Source of the DNA: Sphagnum compactum
Lineage: Eukaryota
Reading direction: 5' to 3'
NCBI GenBank assembly: GCA_965153455.1
Contig: OZ234493.1
Span: forward strand, 8,794,213 to 8,858,212
DNA length: 64,000 nucleotides
Shown: piece by piece, positions 40,101 through 52,247 of the stretch
Layout: every line of letters starts with the position of its first letter
How positions within the stretch are numbered: the stretch's first letter is position 1
Translations under genes and position numbers: made by a program
Notes under the pieces: model-generated
Seen by the model: the letters and a program-made list of their open reading frames with translations, nothing else
Told to the model about the DNA's origin: nothing
Databases searched by the model: none

Positions 40101-42988
40101 ACTTTTGCTAGGTCTAGTTAGTTGTGACAAGAAGTTCTTATAGTTTGAGGTGTAGCTTTCTTGCACTTAACAATCTCACCTCCATTAATTCAAAAATGTT
40201 TACATAGTGGAAGCAAGAGCTACCATAAATATCATTGAATGGTTTCTTAAGGAGCTTTGTTGGGCTCCATATTCTTTGTGTTTACAAGGGCTAGAAAATA
40301 ACTTTCTTTGAGACAACTCTCTATTTATGCTAAGTGGGGTGGGACATTGGGCTTGCAATTTGGTGCTCTACAACCATCACATCCATTACATTTTGGGTTT
40401 ATAATTCGCCAACAATTATTACCTAATATCGGGGCCATTTTAAGCTTTTATCAAAAAATAGAACACACAACTTATAGAAGGGTCATTGTAATCAAACTTC
40501 AAGTTTTTTGTTCGTCATCCAAATCGGCTCATGGACCATTTTTTCATGCCTAATGAACTATTTACAATCAAAAGGTTTCATGTGCTTCTTGATTTGTAAG
40601 AGGCCATAAAAGTTTTCAAAAGAGAAGTTCAATTGAAATCTCATGGCAAATCAAAGTTCAAATGCAACAAAGCATGGAGGCATTCAAATCTTGGTGTAGA
40701 TTTTGCTTAATATTTATGGTTCTATTAAAGGATCTCACTTCAATATATATTGAAACCAATTTGTGTTTTCCTCCCTCAAGATAAAGGTGGTGTGGAGGAG
40801 GTAAGATAACCACATAATATATCATAACATAAACTCAAAAAATAAACACCTTAAGTTAAACATATCCTTGAAATGGGTTTTATCCCTTAAAAAAAAAACA
40901 CCACTTCAAAAATGTTTATAACCCACCTTTTCAAATACAAAGAATTTTAAAAATATAATTGAGTAGGGAAAACGTTCTTTAAAAAATGTGAATTTAAAAA
41001 TCTATTTAAGCTAAACTTTAAAGATAATTTTAATTTTAATTTTTTGGTATTGTAAGAATCAATTGTCAATTGAACAACAATTTAATCATATTAGAACCTC
41101 GGGATCAAGGAAAAAGCTCTAAATGTATGGAATGTATTGTTATTAGTGATGATGAAATGACAAAAAAAAAAAAAGGTTCACATGAAAAAAAATTCTTAGT
41201 TTCAAATATATGTAAGATTCAAATTGTACAAAAAATTGTGCAATTATCATCCAAGGGGAGATTTAATTAGTCACCCTTGTTTTTAGTTCATTGAAATTTT
41301 GGAAGCAATTAGGGTGAATAAACATTAAATCAGCTAAGAAAGTGGGGATTAAATCCTTGAATTAGGTATTTAATAGAGAAATTTTTATTAGAAATTAGTT
41401 TAATTTCAAAGAAAAAAAGACATGTTAATCTCTAGAAATAATCTCAACATATTCAAATGAAATAACACATATTTACATTTGTATGAAATTACATGTAAAC
41501 ATGTGTAAGAAATTGAAAAAGACACAAAGATTAATTTTTTTAAAAAAAGACACAATTATTCCAAAAACATTGAAAAAAATAAAGAGATTTGTTTCTCTTT
41601 CAATATCTTAGGATCCATAAGGACACTTTGAAACATTACAACTTGTAAAATGTTTATTTTTAAAAAATTCTGGTTTGAAATTGTAATGGTAAAAAAGATG
41701 GGGGTTTATTGATTTAATAATATCCCTTTCTCCCCTTTTATTTTTTCTCATATGTTTCCATATGAATTTCAATAATTCATCATTATTTATGTCAATTTCA
41801 AATTAGATTTTACTATATAACATGGACATGAAAAGGCAAACTAACATGTATTTTTCATGTAATTTTTTGAAAATTTATTGAATAAAATATTTTTTTGAAT
41901 TACATATACACCGACCACTTGAAACCATAGACTTTGAATAAATCTAGAAATTTTTTTAATTAAAAAAGTTTGAATAACGATGAATTTTCATCGAAGATGG
42001 TTTAGTTAGGACGAGAATAGGCTCCCTTAATATTTTGTCCTACCATGTTCCTTCCCATAATATGCTTGAAATGAATTAATTTAAAATCAAAATGTATTAT
42101 ATAATTACCTAGAAATAAATATGTAAATAATTACATATTTATATAAACATTGAAAACTATGACCTGTTTTGGGACCTGGAATGTAATGTTGAGATCTGGA
42201 ATGGCCTGACTTTTTGGGACCTTGTGGGTATTGACAAAACGTAAACTCGCACGAAGCGACGCCCGACCCGCGGACAGGCACGTCTGGCGTCCGCTGGTCC
42301 AAGGGTCGCGGCTCGTGACCGCCGACTCTTTTTGCTCTTTGTACCCGGTGGACAAAATGCGGCTTCGGACTCTTCCGCGTCTTGCCTGGTGAAGGAAGGA
42401 CGACGCTGTGTTGCAGCGGCCTTCGCCATCGCCCTGGATTGCCGTGCTCTTCCTCCTAGATCTTGCCGTAGATGGTCTTTAGAAGAGAGATGCCAAGGTG
42501 ATATGCATGCTTACTCTGTGACGCGATGGGTGAAATTGGGTATCCAAAAGATTGTACCTTTTAGAAAGAGAGCAGGAGAATGGGGGAAAGGGCAAAGGGA
42601 GAAGGAGTAGACATTAGCAGGGGGAGACGAAAACCGGATCTAAAAGCGTAAAGACAAGTGTTTACAAGAGGATTCTTTTTTTTCTATTTTGAATTCAATA
42701 GCTGATGATTCAAATCATCTTCTATGACAGTAAGGGTTTTGAGGGTTTGACAACAAAGGATTCTTCGGCTTTGATCTTCCACAAATGCAAAGGTTTTTGT
42801 GAATGCAAGGGTTGCCATGGTAGTGAGTGTTTGTCAGATTCAAACAGGGATGATTTTCAAAGAGACTGGTTTCCGTTAGGGAGTCTTGAAGAGGCTCACA
42901 ATTCTCTGTTGGTGAACCTACAGACAGCAATTAGGGTTTGGGTATTTGTGTGTGGTAGCTTTGTGCATGAAGGGTTTCTGTTTGTGAC

Positions 42989-45900
42989 ATGGGAGAAGCA
43001 ATGAAAGTGGAAGAGACAGCAGCAATGGCAAACCAGCGGGAGGTGCAGGAAGAAGCCTTGAATGAGAGTGATATGCCTGTTGCTGGGGTTATGTATGGAA
43101 GTGAAGAAAGCATGGAAAACTTGGAAGAAATTAGTGAGGATTGGGTTTCTCTTTTCTTGGATGCATCTATTCTGGACAAAGAGGAGACACCACCATCTGT
43201 GCCTTGTGATTTTGGACAATTTTCCAGTATCATCAAGGGCGGCAGTGCTGCTGAGGAATTCAATGTCCAGTTTTCAAGTCATGATGTGCTCTCAAACTCT
43301 ACATGTTTCATCAACTCTATAGATGATGATCAGGCCTCTCATTCAAATTCCATTATGGCAAGCTCTCCCTTCATGCATTCAAGCCTTGGACAATTGGACA
43401 ATCCACAACTTTCAGACACTGCTGTTGATGTAAATCCAACACTTCAAGATGACATTGCACATGTACCTAATGGGCCTCTGTTCTCAGCTTATCCCCCCCT
43501 AACATCACCATCTGTTACAGCTTTATGCAACCCTGTTGCTTCAGCTTTTCCATCATTCCTCTCAATGTTGCCCCCTACAGTATTTGACTCTGATGCTGAA
43601 GCTTGTGCTTTTATGGAGTCCCTGCCAGTTCCACCCATGAATGCTCATGATGATGGGACCAGGATGATTGCACCTACAAACTCTTCTTTGTTGTCACCTG
43701 CAAGCAGCCTTACTCAAGTCAGTGCAGAATCAAGCTCTAGAATGGGAGCAGATCATGTGTGGAGATCAAATGACACCAATCCAGATATGCCAGTAGTGCC
43801 GAAGTGTGAATTGATAGGTGATCTCTCTTCAGGGTCAGAAAGCCCCACCTCACCAGTCAACCCTATTTTCTCTGAGGTGCTAGGGTGCAGGCTCAATTCA
43901 CAGTTGCCACATGGAAATAAACTGCAAGATGAAGAGGGAGGGTTAGGTGAAGCAGTGTTTGGGAATGAGACAGCCTTGAGTGGAGCTTCGCCTCCTACAG
44001 TTGAAGCACAGCAAACTGCACCAGAGACTCAGAAGTTCAGTATGCTAAACCTTCATGGTGTTGGCAATGCAATAAAAGTGGGTTCACTAGGAAGGAGTGG
44101 AGATAGAAAAAAGAGACCTGAAGTGGGTAGAGAATCTGACAAGGGTCAGAAAAGTGAAGGGGAATGGAAAGAGTCTCTCAATCTTCAGACCTCTGGAAGC
44201 TTTGATGAAATTAGAAGTGATCAGAGTGATGCAGAAAACAAGGAAGAGGGGGGTGAGGATGACAATGGAAAGCGACAGGCACGACTGATGCGAAACCGCG
44301 AGAGTGCCCAGCTTTCTAGACAGAGGAAGAAAGTGTATGTGAGTGAACTGGAGGGAAGGCTGAGGACTATGGCAGCCACAGTCGCAGAGCTCAATGCCAC
44401 CATCAGTCATCTCACTGCTGAAAATGTGAATCTCCGAAGGCAGCTGGGTTATTATTATCCACCCCCTGGTGAGTCATACTTCCTGTGTGTTGAATTTTGA
44501 TTTTCAAACAGTAGAAAAGAATGTCTCTTTGCACAATATGTTTGTTATGGCTTAAAGGGGATGCTCAGGGCCAGGTGATTGTGTGATACTATGTGACACT
44601 CACAAGGTTATGACCACACTCATTCTTGTTGCATTTGGTTTTGTTTTAGTATAGCTTCAAGAGAATTGTGTGTGGAGTTTTCTCAGCAATTGCATAGATA
44701 TGGTAGCAGGGACTAAAGACTTTCTTCTTGTCGTCTTCAGGTATTTGCCCAAGGCCTGGAGTTCCCATGGTCGGGCAGCAAGTATTACCCATGACACCTT
44801 ATCCAGGCATGGTGGGGGGAAGGCCGATTTACCCTGCTGGTCAAGTACCTTCTCTTCCAATCCCTCGACTAAAGACTCAACCACCCCCTGCTAGGACCTC
44901 AAAGAGATCAAATGTTCTGGGGTCAAAGGAAGAGACTTCTGGTGACAAGAAGAGGGCCAGGAGAAAACTTGCGGCTGCTGCATCAGTTGCTGTTATGAGT
45001 CTGCTCTGTGTTGCCATGCTCTTGGGTCCCTTTAACGACACACAAACCATTTCTGGTGGCAATATGGACATCAGGTCTAATACTCAGGTCAGTGGCATCC
45101 GAGTCGGGGGTCGGGTGCTCACAAGCTGGAATGACTCAGGGAATTCATTCAATCTTAACCAGAGCAGTCAGTGGAAGCCAGGGCCAGGATGGACACCACT
45201 TGAAGAAGGGGAGTATGGGCCTGAAAGAGAGGGGATCACAAGGATTTACTCGAGCAGACCAAGTGATAGAAAGAAGACCAAGATCATCAACCTGGAGAAA
45301 AAAGGAGCAAGGATGGAGGCAGGGACCAGGTCTCCTTGGCAACAGCTCTTGGGAATGAATTCCAGTGTGCCAACATCTTCAGAGAGAGGAAGCCAGGGTC
45401 AACCTGACTGCTTTGGCCCATTAGAAGCTCCAATATTTGTTGGCAGCACATTTCCAGTGAACATGACTGAGCCTTTTGCAGCATCACTGTTTGTTCCAAG
45501 GGATAACCGCCTTGTGCAGGTGAATGGTAACCTTATCATTCAAGCGGTTATGGCAGGAGACAAAGCTGCAATGCAGTCTTCAGGGAAGACACCCAAGGCT
45601 GGGATCAAGAAGGGAAAGGCACTGAAAACTGTTTCAACAAAAGCATTGGAAGCCAAAGGAGCCAGGCTTCCCACACAAGCGGTGCTGGTTGCAGATAAAG
45701 CTGTGGCTGCCAATCAGAAATCACAGCATGGCAACATCAATACTGTTCCATCAGTCGTACAGCCAGGATCATTGCAACAATGGGTGATGGGTGGCCTTCA
45801 AGGTATGTTTGATGTCACTTCATTTCACTGTGAGCCTTCATGTCTTTTGAACCCTACTTCATTGCATAATGGTACACCATTCATTCATCACATGGGGTCA

Positions 45901-47305
45901 CACTTTCTGTCCTTTGACTTTTTGATAGCTCTGAAGGAGACTGATCAAAAGGACCTGAACAAACAAGAGGGAAAGAAGCCTAAGTCTTTAGTTGCCATTC
46001 ACAAAACCCAAAACAACAATGGTCCGTATGCTGTGGTTCCAAGAGGACCATTGCATTCATGGGTTCTCTCTGGGCTTTCAACAGGTAATCTGCAATTGTC
46101 ACTATTCCTCGAGGAGTGAAAGTCCTTGTGACAGTTTGGTTCTCCTGTACCTTGCTTATGAAGACAATTGAAGTGTCTTCTACTGTCATGGATGTGATTA
46201 GTGTCCAGATAGAATCTACGTACATAGCAGTCAGTTAAGAAATGGGTGAGGATTTTTTTCGCTTATAAACCATTTACCAGTATCTCTCTTGCCTCAATTT
46301 CTTCAAGAAGTCAGTATGTAGAAATCCAGAAGAATAAACATACACAAAATAAACGTGAAACATCTCACCCTGATTCTGAGTGTGAGCTACATACAATTGT
46401 ATCTTTGAAGCACAGTAAGATAGAACTGAGATTATCACTAATAACATATGAGTGGCTGGAAAAAATGAAGAGGTGCATGGGGGAAAGGGAAACCTGAGCT
46501 GCAAGAGGGAGATCATAATGGCTCTGCTGTCAGAACATGAAGAGAGGTTTGGCACTTGTTTACCTTCTTGGGCTGGACTGCCCCTGAATCATCATGTTCA
46601 AGAGCTTGGAAGGAAGGATCATGAACTGGGTTACTCCTTTTCATGCAACAACACACTTAGTAAGCGTAATCTCAGCAATGGCAAATAGGCATGGTTTGGA
46701 AAACTGGGCCTTTATCTGCTGTGGGTCCCTGAGGTCATGTTCTACTGGCTCTCTTCATTTCATCTGACAGTGGTATTTTCTCTTGTTTACCAGGACCTGT
46801 GCTGACCACAGGTATGTGCACTGAGCTGTTCCAGTTCGATACATCACCTGTGACCTCAGCTCCATCTGAAGAATCATCAAATGCTGCTGCTAAGGATGTC
46901 GCAGAGTCAGTGGCTTCTGAAGCTGCACAAGGAAACACTCACAACAATGCCTCTTCTAAAAATTCTGTTCCTTTGATGCCTCAAAGTCGGAGGAATCCTT
47001 TTGCAGTTCCTTTGCCCCCCACGTCACCCTCTGGAAGAGTTTCAGGTGCAAAGAATGGGTCAGACCCAACAGTGGAGAAACTGGTGAGGGAACAGCTGCA
47101 CCAGCAGGGTGAGATGGGGAACCAGTCAAGCATGGTGGTGTCAGTGTTGGCAGGTCCACAAGAGTTTGCAGACACAAGTAGGAGGAAGGGTGCCAAAGGG
47201 ATGTCTCGAATTTTTGTAGTTGTCCTTGTGGACGGGGTCAAATATGTAACTTACTCATGTGTGCTCCCATCAACTGGCCCTCAACCACACATTGTCACTG
47301 CCTAG
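42989..47305 (+). CDS. bZIP17: ER membrane-tethered bZIP transcription factor (group B, bZIP17/28/49-like), 4 exons
   Basis: Exons 42989-44468, 44741-45802, 45929-46084, 46794-47305; all introns GT-AG, phase 1. bZIP: KRQARLMRNRESAQLSRQRKKVYVSELEGRL...ENVNLRRQL. Then PIPRLK and a TM segment (AAASVAVMSLLCVAMLLGPF). Luminal motifs: EPFAASLFVPRDNRLVQVNGNLIIQAVMA, LQQW..GL.GP...GMCTELFQFD, SMVVSVL, SRIFVVVLVDGVKYVTYSCVLP. The symbol denotes the orthogroup. Confidence 0.93.
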
Positions 47306-47326
47306 CACTACTTCTTTGCACAGGTT

Positions 47327-47330
<4 letters not shown>

Positions 47331-47362
<32 letters not shown>
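47331..47362. repeat. (CT)n microsatellite in the bZIP 3' UTR
   Basis: About 16 TC units just after the stop codon. Confidence 0.95.
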
Positions 47363-47366
<4 letters not shown>

Positions 47367-50300
47367 GGTATGTGCATGTGCGTGTGTGACTCTTGACTGG
47401 AGCAGGATTTTTGGCTATGGTGTGGTTTCCACAAACAGATGCAAGCTTGAAATTGAAGGAGCCATGGTATACCTGAGTAATTCATGGAGTAATTCATGTG
47501 CATGATATACCTGGGTTGGGGTGGCAGTGTGGAGCCAGTGGAAAATTTCTTCGTCAAAAAAATGCATTTGGGTGTTAATATTTCCGCTACGAGATTGCTG
47601 GCAGCCGTATAGATTGCCAGTTTGGTAGTGCTCAACTCAAAAGCACTTCTTTAAACTGCAATCTGCTATGTCAAGAAGCATCAGAATTGAAAGCTCGTCC
47701 CCTTACATTTGGCATCAAATTACCTCCAAAAGCTAATTTTTTCCACTTAGAGCTCACAATTGATTGTACAGGCCTTGGTCCTCCGTAGGTAGGAAAGATG
47801 TGAGGTGGTCACTGATTAGTTGTAGGCACATGGGATTGTGTTTTTTTCTCTTAATTACTGTTAGGTAGACTTGATGGGCTTTGAGTTATATTTGTGGTGT
47901 GAAGAAATTTTTGCACCTTACATTAAACATGTAGCATGGCCATGGTGGTGCCATATTTTGTGAATGACACATTCACTTAAAAGGATTTGGTTCTCGCAGG
48001 ATTGATGATCTTTCACCATATTGTGGTTATGTGAGGGTCGAGAAGAGTTGCAGATCCTTTGTTTTTCTTCAGATCTTAGTAGATTCATTGAGGTAGTAAC
48101 AATTTCTCTCACCTGCTTATGTTTTTAAGCAACAAGCCCAGTGAGTACCACACCAACAATTTGCCTTACATAAAGCACTAATAGACCATCTTCACCTGCC
48201 CAAACTTAGTTTCAGACGAATGTTCCGTTGCAACAACCTTTCCACTCTTTCCCTTGCAATTTGTGAAACTTGTTTTAGATGTTTCGTCGCGTGCTACACA
48301 AGCTTTCCCTACTTTGAAACAACATACGTCTTCAGCATGTCTCTAAACATCTTGCTCCAGAGTCTGATGCCACACAGCTCCTCGTTGATCCCCAATAATT
48401 TATTTATATTCGTGCTCTTATGCACCAGCTACCCTCAAATTTGATGTGAAATTGTCTTTACTAGTTCTTCCTCCATTTGCAAAAAGGAAGGAATTGACGT
48501 AAATGCCACACTAGCCTACATGGAATAATCAAAACATGTTATGGAATGGTCAAGCCAACCCATTATATGTTCGGTGTAAAGTGCTAGCACCCAACAGGAT
48601 GGGCAAGAGTGAGGCCATTCCATGACATTAAGGTCTGCGGTGGTATATTCAACCAAAGAAAAAGCGTCTTCAATAGACACATTTTGGTCAATATTATGAG
48701 TGTATGATCATCATTGAAAGATTATGTCATATAATATGGTCAAGAAAACGACTATAATATGCGATGGCGAGGTTATAATTTTTAGCATGCCAATGGCAAT
48801 CTTACATGGAACGGTGGCTTTCCAATGATATAAGGAACTTCTCAATCTAATGAGTTTTGACCCCTGCAATCGCCCTCTCTGAAAATTCGGGTCAAATTAC
48901 AATGCCAAAACATTGCATGTTCAAAGCCAAAGTAAAGGAATCTGTTGAAATAATATGGTCACCATCATCATGGTGCCGACAAATGTGATGTTCCCTACAA
49001 GTGGCATTGATTTGGTGTTGAATAAAACACTCATTAGAGCTGCAATGTATGAGTAGCACACGCATTGCCTATCTAATGTAATGGCATCAACAATATTTTG
49101 GTGAGATCTTGTTCTAGATCGATTTGCAATCATTTTGGCAAGCAAATGTCTTCTCTTACAAAGAAGGTTGGAAATAGATGAGATATTGGGATTTTTTTCA
49201 TTTCCAAATTAATGAAGCCCTCGATATGTATTTTCAACTTTTTCATATTGTAGTTATAATATAATTAAATTCTTAATGTAAAAGTATGTTTGGACACAAT
49301 ATTCACTCTAGCCAATCTCAAACATATTTGTTATCTATTTTCATTATAGTAGAATTCATTAAATTTTATGTTCAACTTACCATGAATTCAACAAAGGACC
49401 TAATGGTTTTATAATGTTAGTGAAAAAGGTCTTGAATTTTTAAAAAAAAAACTTATGTTCAAAATTGAACCATTTTGAAGATCCCCCTCCCCCTTTCCCC
49501 CTCAATCATGTTTTCACCTTAATATTTCTATCCCATTGGTGAAACATCTACCCTAGTATGCATAATTGCCAAAAATGTTATTTTTCCTCAATATGGCAAT
49601 TGTTTTTCTTTCTTGCAATGTTACCAAAGCAAATAAGTATTGGCCATTAATTGTTAAAAATGGTGTGGCAACAACTAAGTTTCATTCATTTGGCAAGATG
49701 AAACAACTTTCACAAAATCTTCCATGTAAAATTTTAAGGTTATGTTTTTATTTTTGGTTGGAGGGTCTCGGCAAAGAAGAAGTCATGAGGTGAATGTTAG
49801 AGTGTTGGCAATGGATGTGAGGTTGTATTCATTGTCCTTTCCCTGAAAACAACATATGTTGAAATATTCTTAGTGATTACAACAAATGTTGAAGATTAGA
49901 ATTACAAATTCTCCTTTATTTCATCCTGAAAGCTTTTCATGCACCCCGTGTCTAAGTGATTTTTGTTGCAATTCATTGTTATTTTGGCTAGTTTTGTAAT
50001 ACATATGCACAAAGAGGAATAGATGAGGCTAACAAAAGCAGTGGGACAAACGAAAGGGAATTGTAGTTTCAAAATGCGTTTTTCCATCTATTAACTTAAA
50101 GCTTTTCTGAAAAAGTCCTTCGGGCTTATATGCTTTGGATTGCATCCTCTTCATAAAAGAGGTCTAATCGGTGACAATGGAGGTTTAATTGGGTTTTTTT
50201 TTTTTTTTTTTTTGGGGATTGTAGTGTGATACATAAAAAACTCATTTGTGTTGTATTTAGTTTTTAAGGTGTTATAGTTTTTGATTGATCTAAAAACATG

Positions 50301-51813
50301 TATGAAAAATTATATAGTTGTCATGTTGTTTCTATTGCCATGCCATCGTTTTGATTGTCTCGACTTCGACTTGAGAGTTGCTGGTGTTGTTTTTGATGAT
50401 TATGTCCTTATGATAATGATCCGTGAAATTTCAAAGTTCATTTTGTTGGGAAAAGGAATCCTCTTTTAGCTCTTCTTGGATTTTTAGGCCCAACCAAGGG
50501 CGGCCCTCAAATCTAGTAAGGGCCTCAAAGGGATTCTTTAATCCTATACATTAGTTAAGTGTAGGCTTTGCAACCTTTCTTGGAAAGTGTACATGTTTAC
50601 ATGTATGCATGTGTACCCATGTTTGTGTGCCAACGAATTGCAACAAAATCCAATAGTGTGAAAGAACAAAGGAAAAATCAAAAGGTGAAAACTCCCAAAA
50701 TTAAACCTATCCATTGACAAACTCAACAACATATAGAAGAACTCACCACTTTCATTTTTCACTTTGACCCCATGCAAATCAAATCGGGTTTCAAATGATA
50801 AAAGCCCAATAGTACCTTAGTATCCATCACTTAGATGGATCAAAACATCAACACTTAAAAAATCCACTAATGTACACAATAGTTCGAAGTTAGAGGGAGA
50901 TGAGAAATCTTTGACAATGTCATTCATTGTAAAGATTATTGCCGCTTGGCAAGTTTTCATCATTGTGAAGTCTTATATATCCCTTATAGATTGAAAGCAT
51001 ATACAATCAAACTATAACACCAACCACCCAACCCAACATTCAAGTTCCTTTCCATCTTATCATCTCCTTGGGACTTTCTCTCTTTGTCTCTCTCTTATTG
51101 CAAGTTTCAAACCCCTTCAAAGAAGATCATCCCTTTCAAATGTCATGACTCATGACCTTTCCCACTGCTGCTACCTTTCTGCTCCTTGGTCTTTAACACA
51201 ACCTGTTTCATCTTTTTGCACCCTAGTTCTAATACTAGAACTAGGAGATCCATCTCAGAAAGAAAAGGGAGGTAATAGTTGTAGCCTTTTGATAAGAGTG
51301 GAAGAGACACTAATTCCTCGTCAATGCTCAGTTGGCAAACTTCAAGCGTCTTTCAAATTCTTTGTAGTTGCAAGACACAAGGAGTGTACCCAATTCCATG
51401 AATTTCTAATTTGTCATCCAATAATTTCAATCAAACTTTCTAAGGAAAAAGTTTAGAACTCTTGGGAGAAGCAAGTAATTGCAAGAAAATGTGATTTGAG
51501 ATCCTCAAGTTTCCAAAACAAATTTATGTGATTTTGGAAGTTTTCAAATTCTTGTTGCAAAAACAAGGAGTAGACGGTACCCAATTCCATGAATTTCCAC
51601 AAGAAGTTTTTTTTCGTCCATTAATTTCAATTGGAGCTTTCTAGAGAGTCAGAAGTCTTTGAGAGAATTCAAGTAATTTGTAAGAAGATAGTGGAGATTT
51701 CAAAGTTTTGAAAACACTAATGAGTTTGAAGGTTTCCCCAAACACATATGAATTTCCTAAGTTTGCTCATTGCAAGTGAGCAGGGAGGATTCAGATTACA
51801 ATAATGGGTCTTC

Positions 51814-52047
51814 AAGTTTTGGTGGGTATAATAATCCACATGAACAATTGTATTTTGTGATACTTGAATCATCATCGACAAAAAACTCGGATTACTAACT
51901 AATAAGAAAGAAAGATTGAGGAAGAAGAAGAAGTTTTGGTGGGCATAATAATCCACATGAACAATTGTGTTTTGTGATACTTGAATCATCATCCACACAA
52001 AACTTGGATTACTAACTAATAAGGAAGAAAGATTGAGGAAGAAGAGG
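51814..52047. repeat. Tandem duplication, 117 bp x2, upstream of the 14-exon gene
   Basis: aagttttggtgggYataataatccacatgaacaattgt...gattgaggaagaag starts at 51814 and 51931 with few mismatches. An older duplication lies just upstream (gtacccaattccatgaatttc at ~51386 and ~51578). Confidence 0.92.
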
Positions 52048-52247
52048 AAGACAAAGAATCAGTTGTTTTGGTGAGATTTTGGGAGGAAAGGCCAAGTAGG
52101 ATGGGAGATGAAATCACAACAAGAGGAAGAAGAAAAATGGGTGCAATCTCTGTGGTGAAGCTGGGACAAATTTAGCTTCTTTAATTACCCCGGGGAGCCA
52201 TTAAGAGGAGGAGCATGTGTTTCCCACACACCTGATTTGATCCCATT

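Noticed and set aside
31300..41900. Numerous 60-85-aa ORFs in the AT-rich interval
   Set aside because: No coherent exon chains or motifs. Probably unrecognisable TE debris that I could not classify by eye.
42270..42300. UPRE/ERSE-like element (gcacgtctgg) in the bZIP promoter
   Set aside because: Does not match the TGACGTGR or CCAAT-N9/10-CACG consensus; an ACGT core alone is uninformative.
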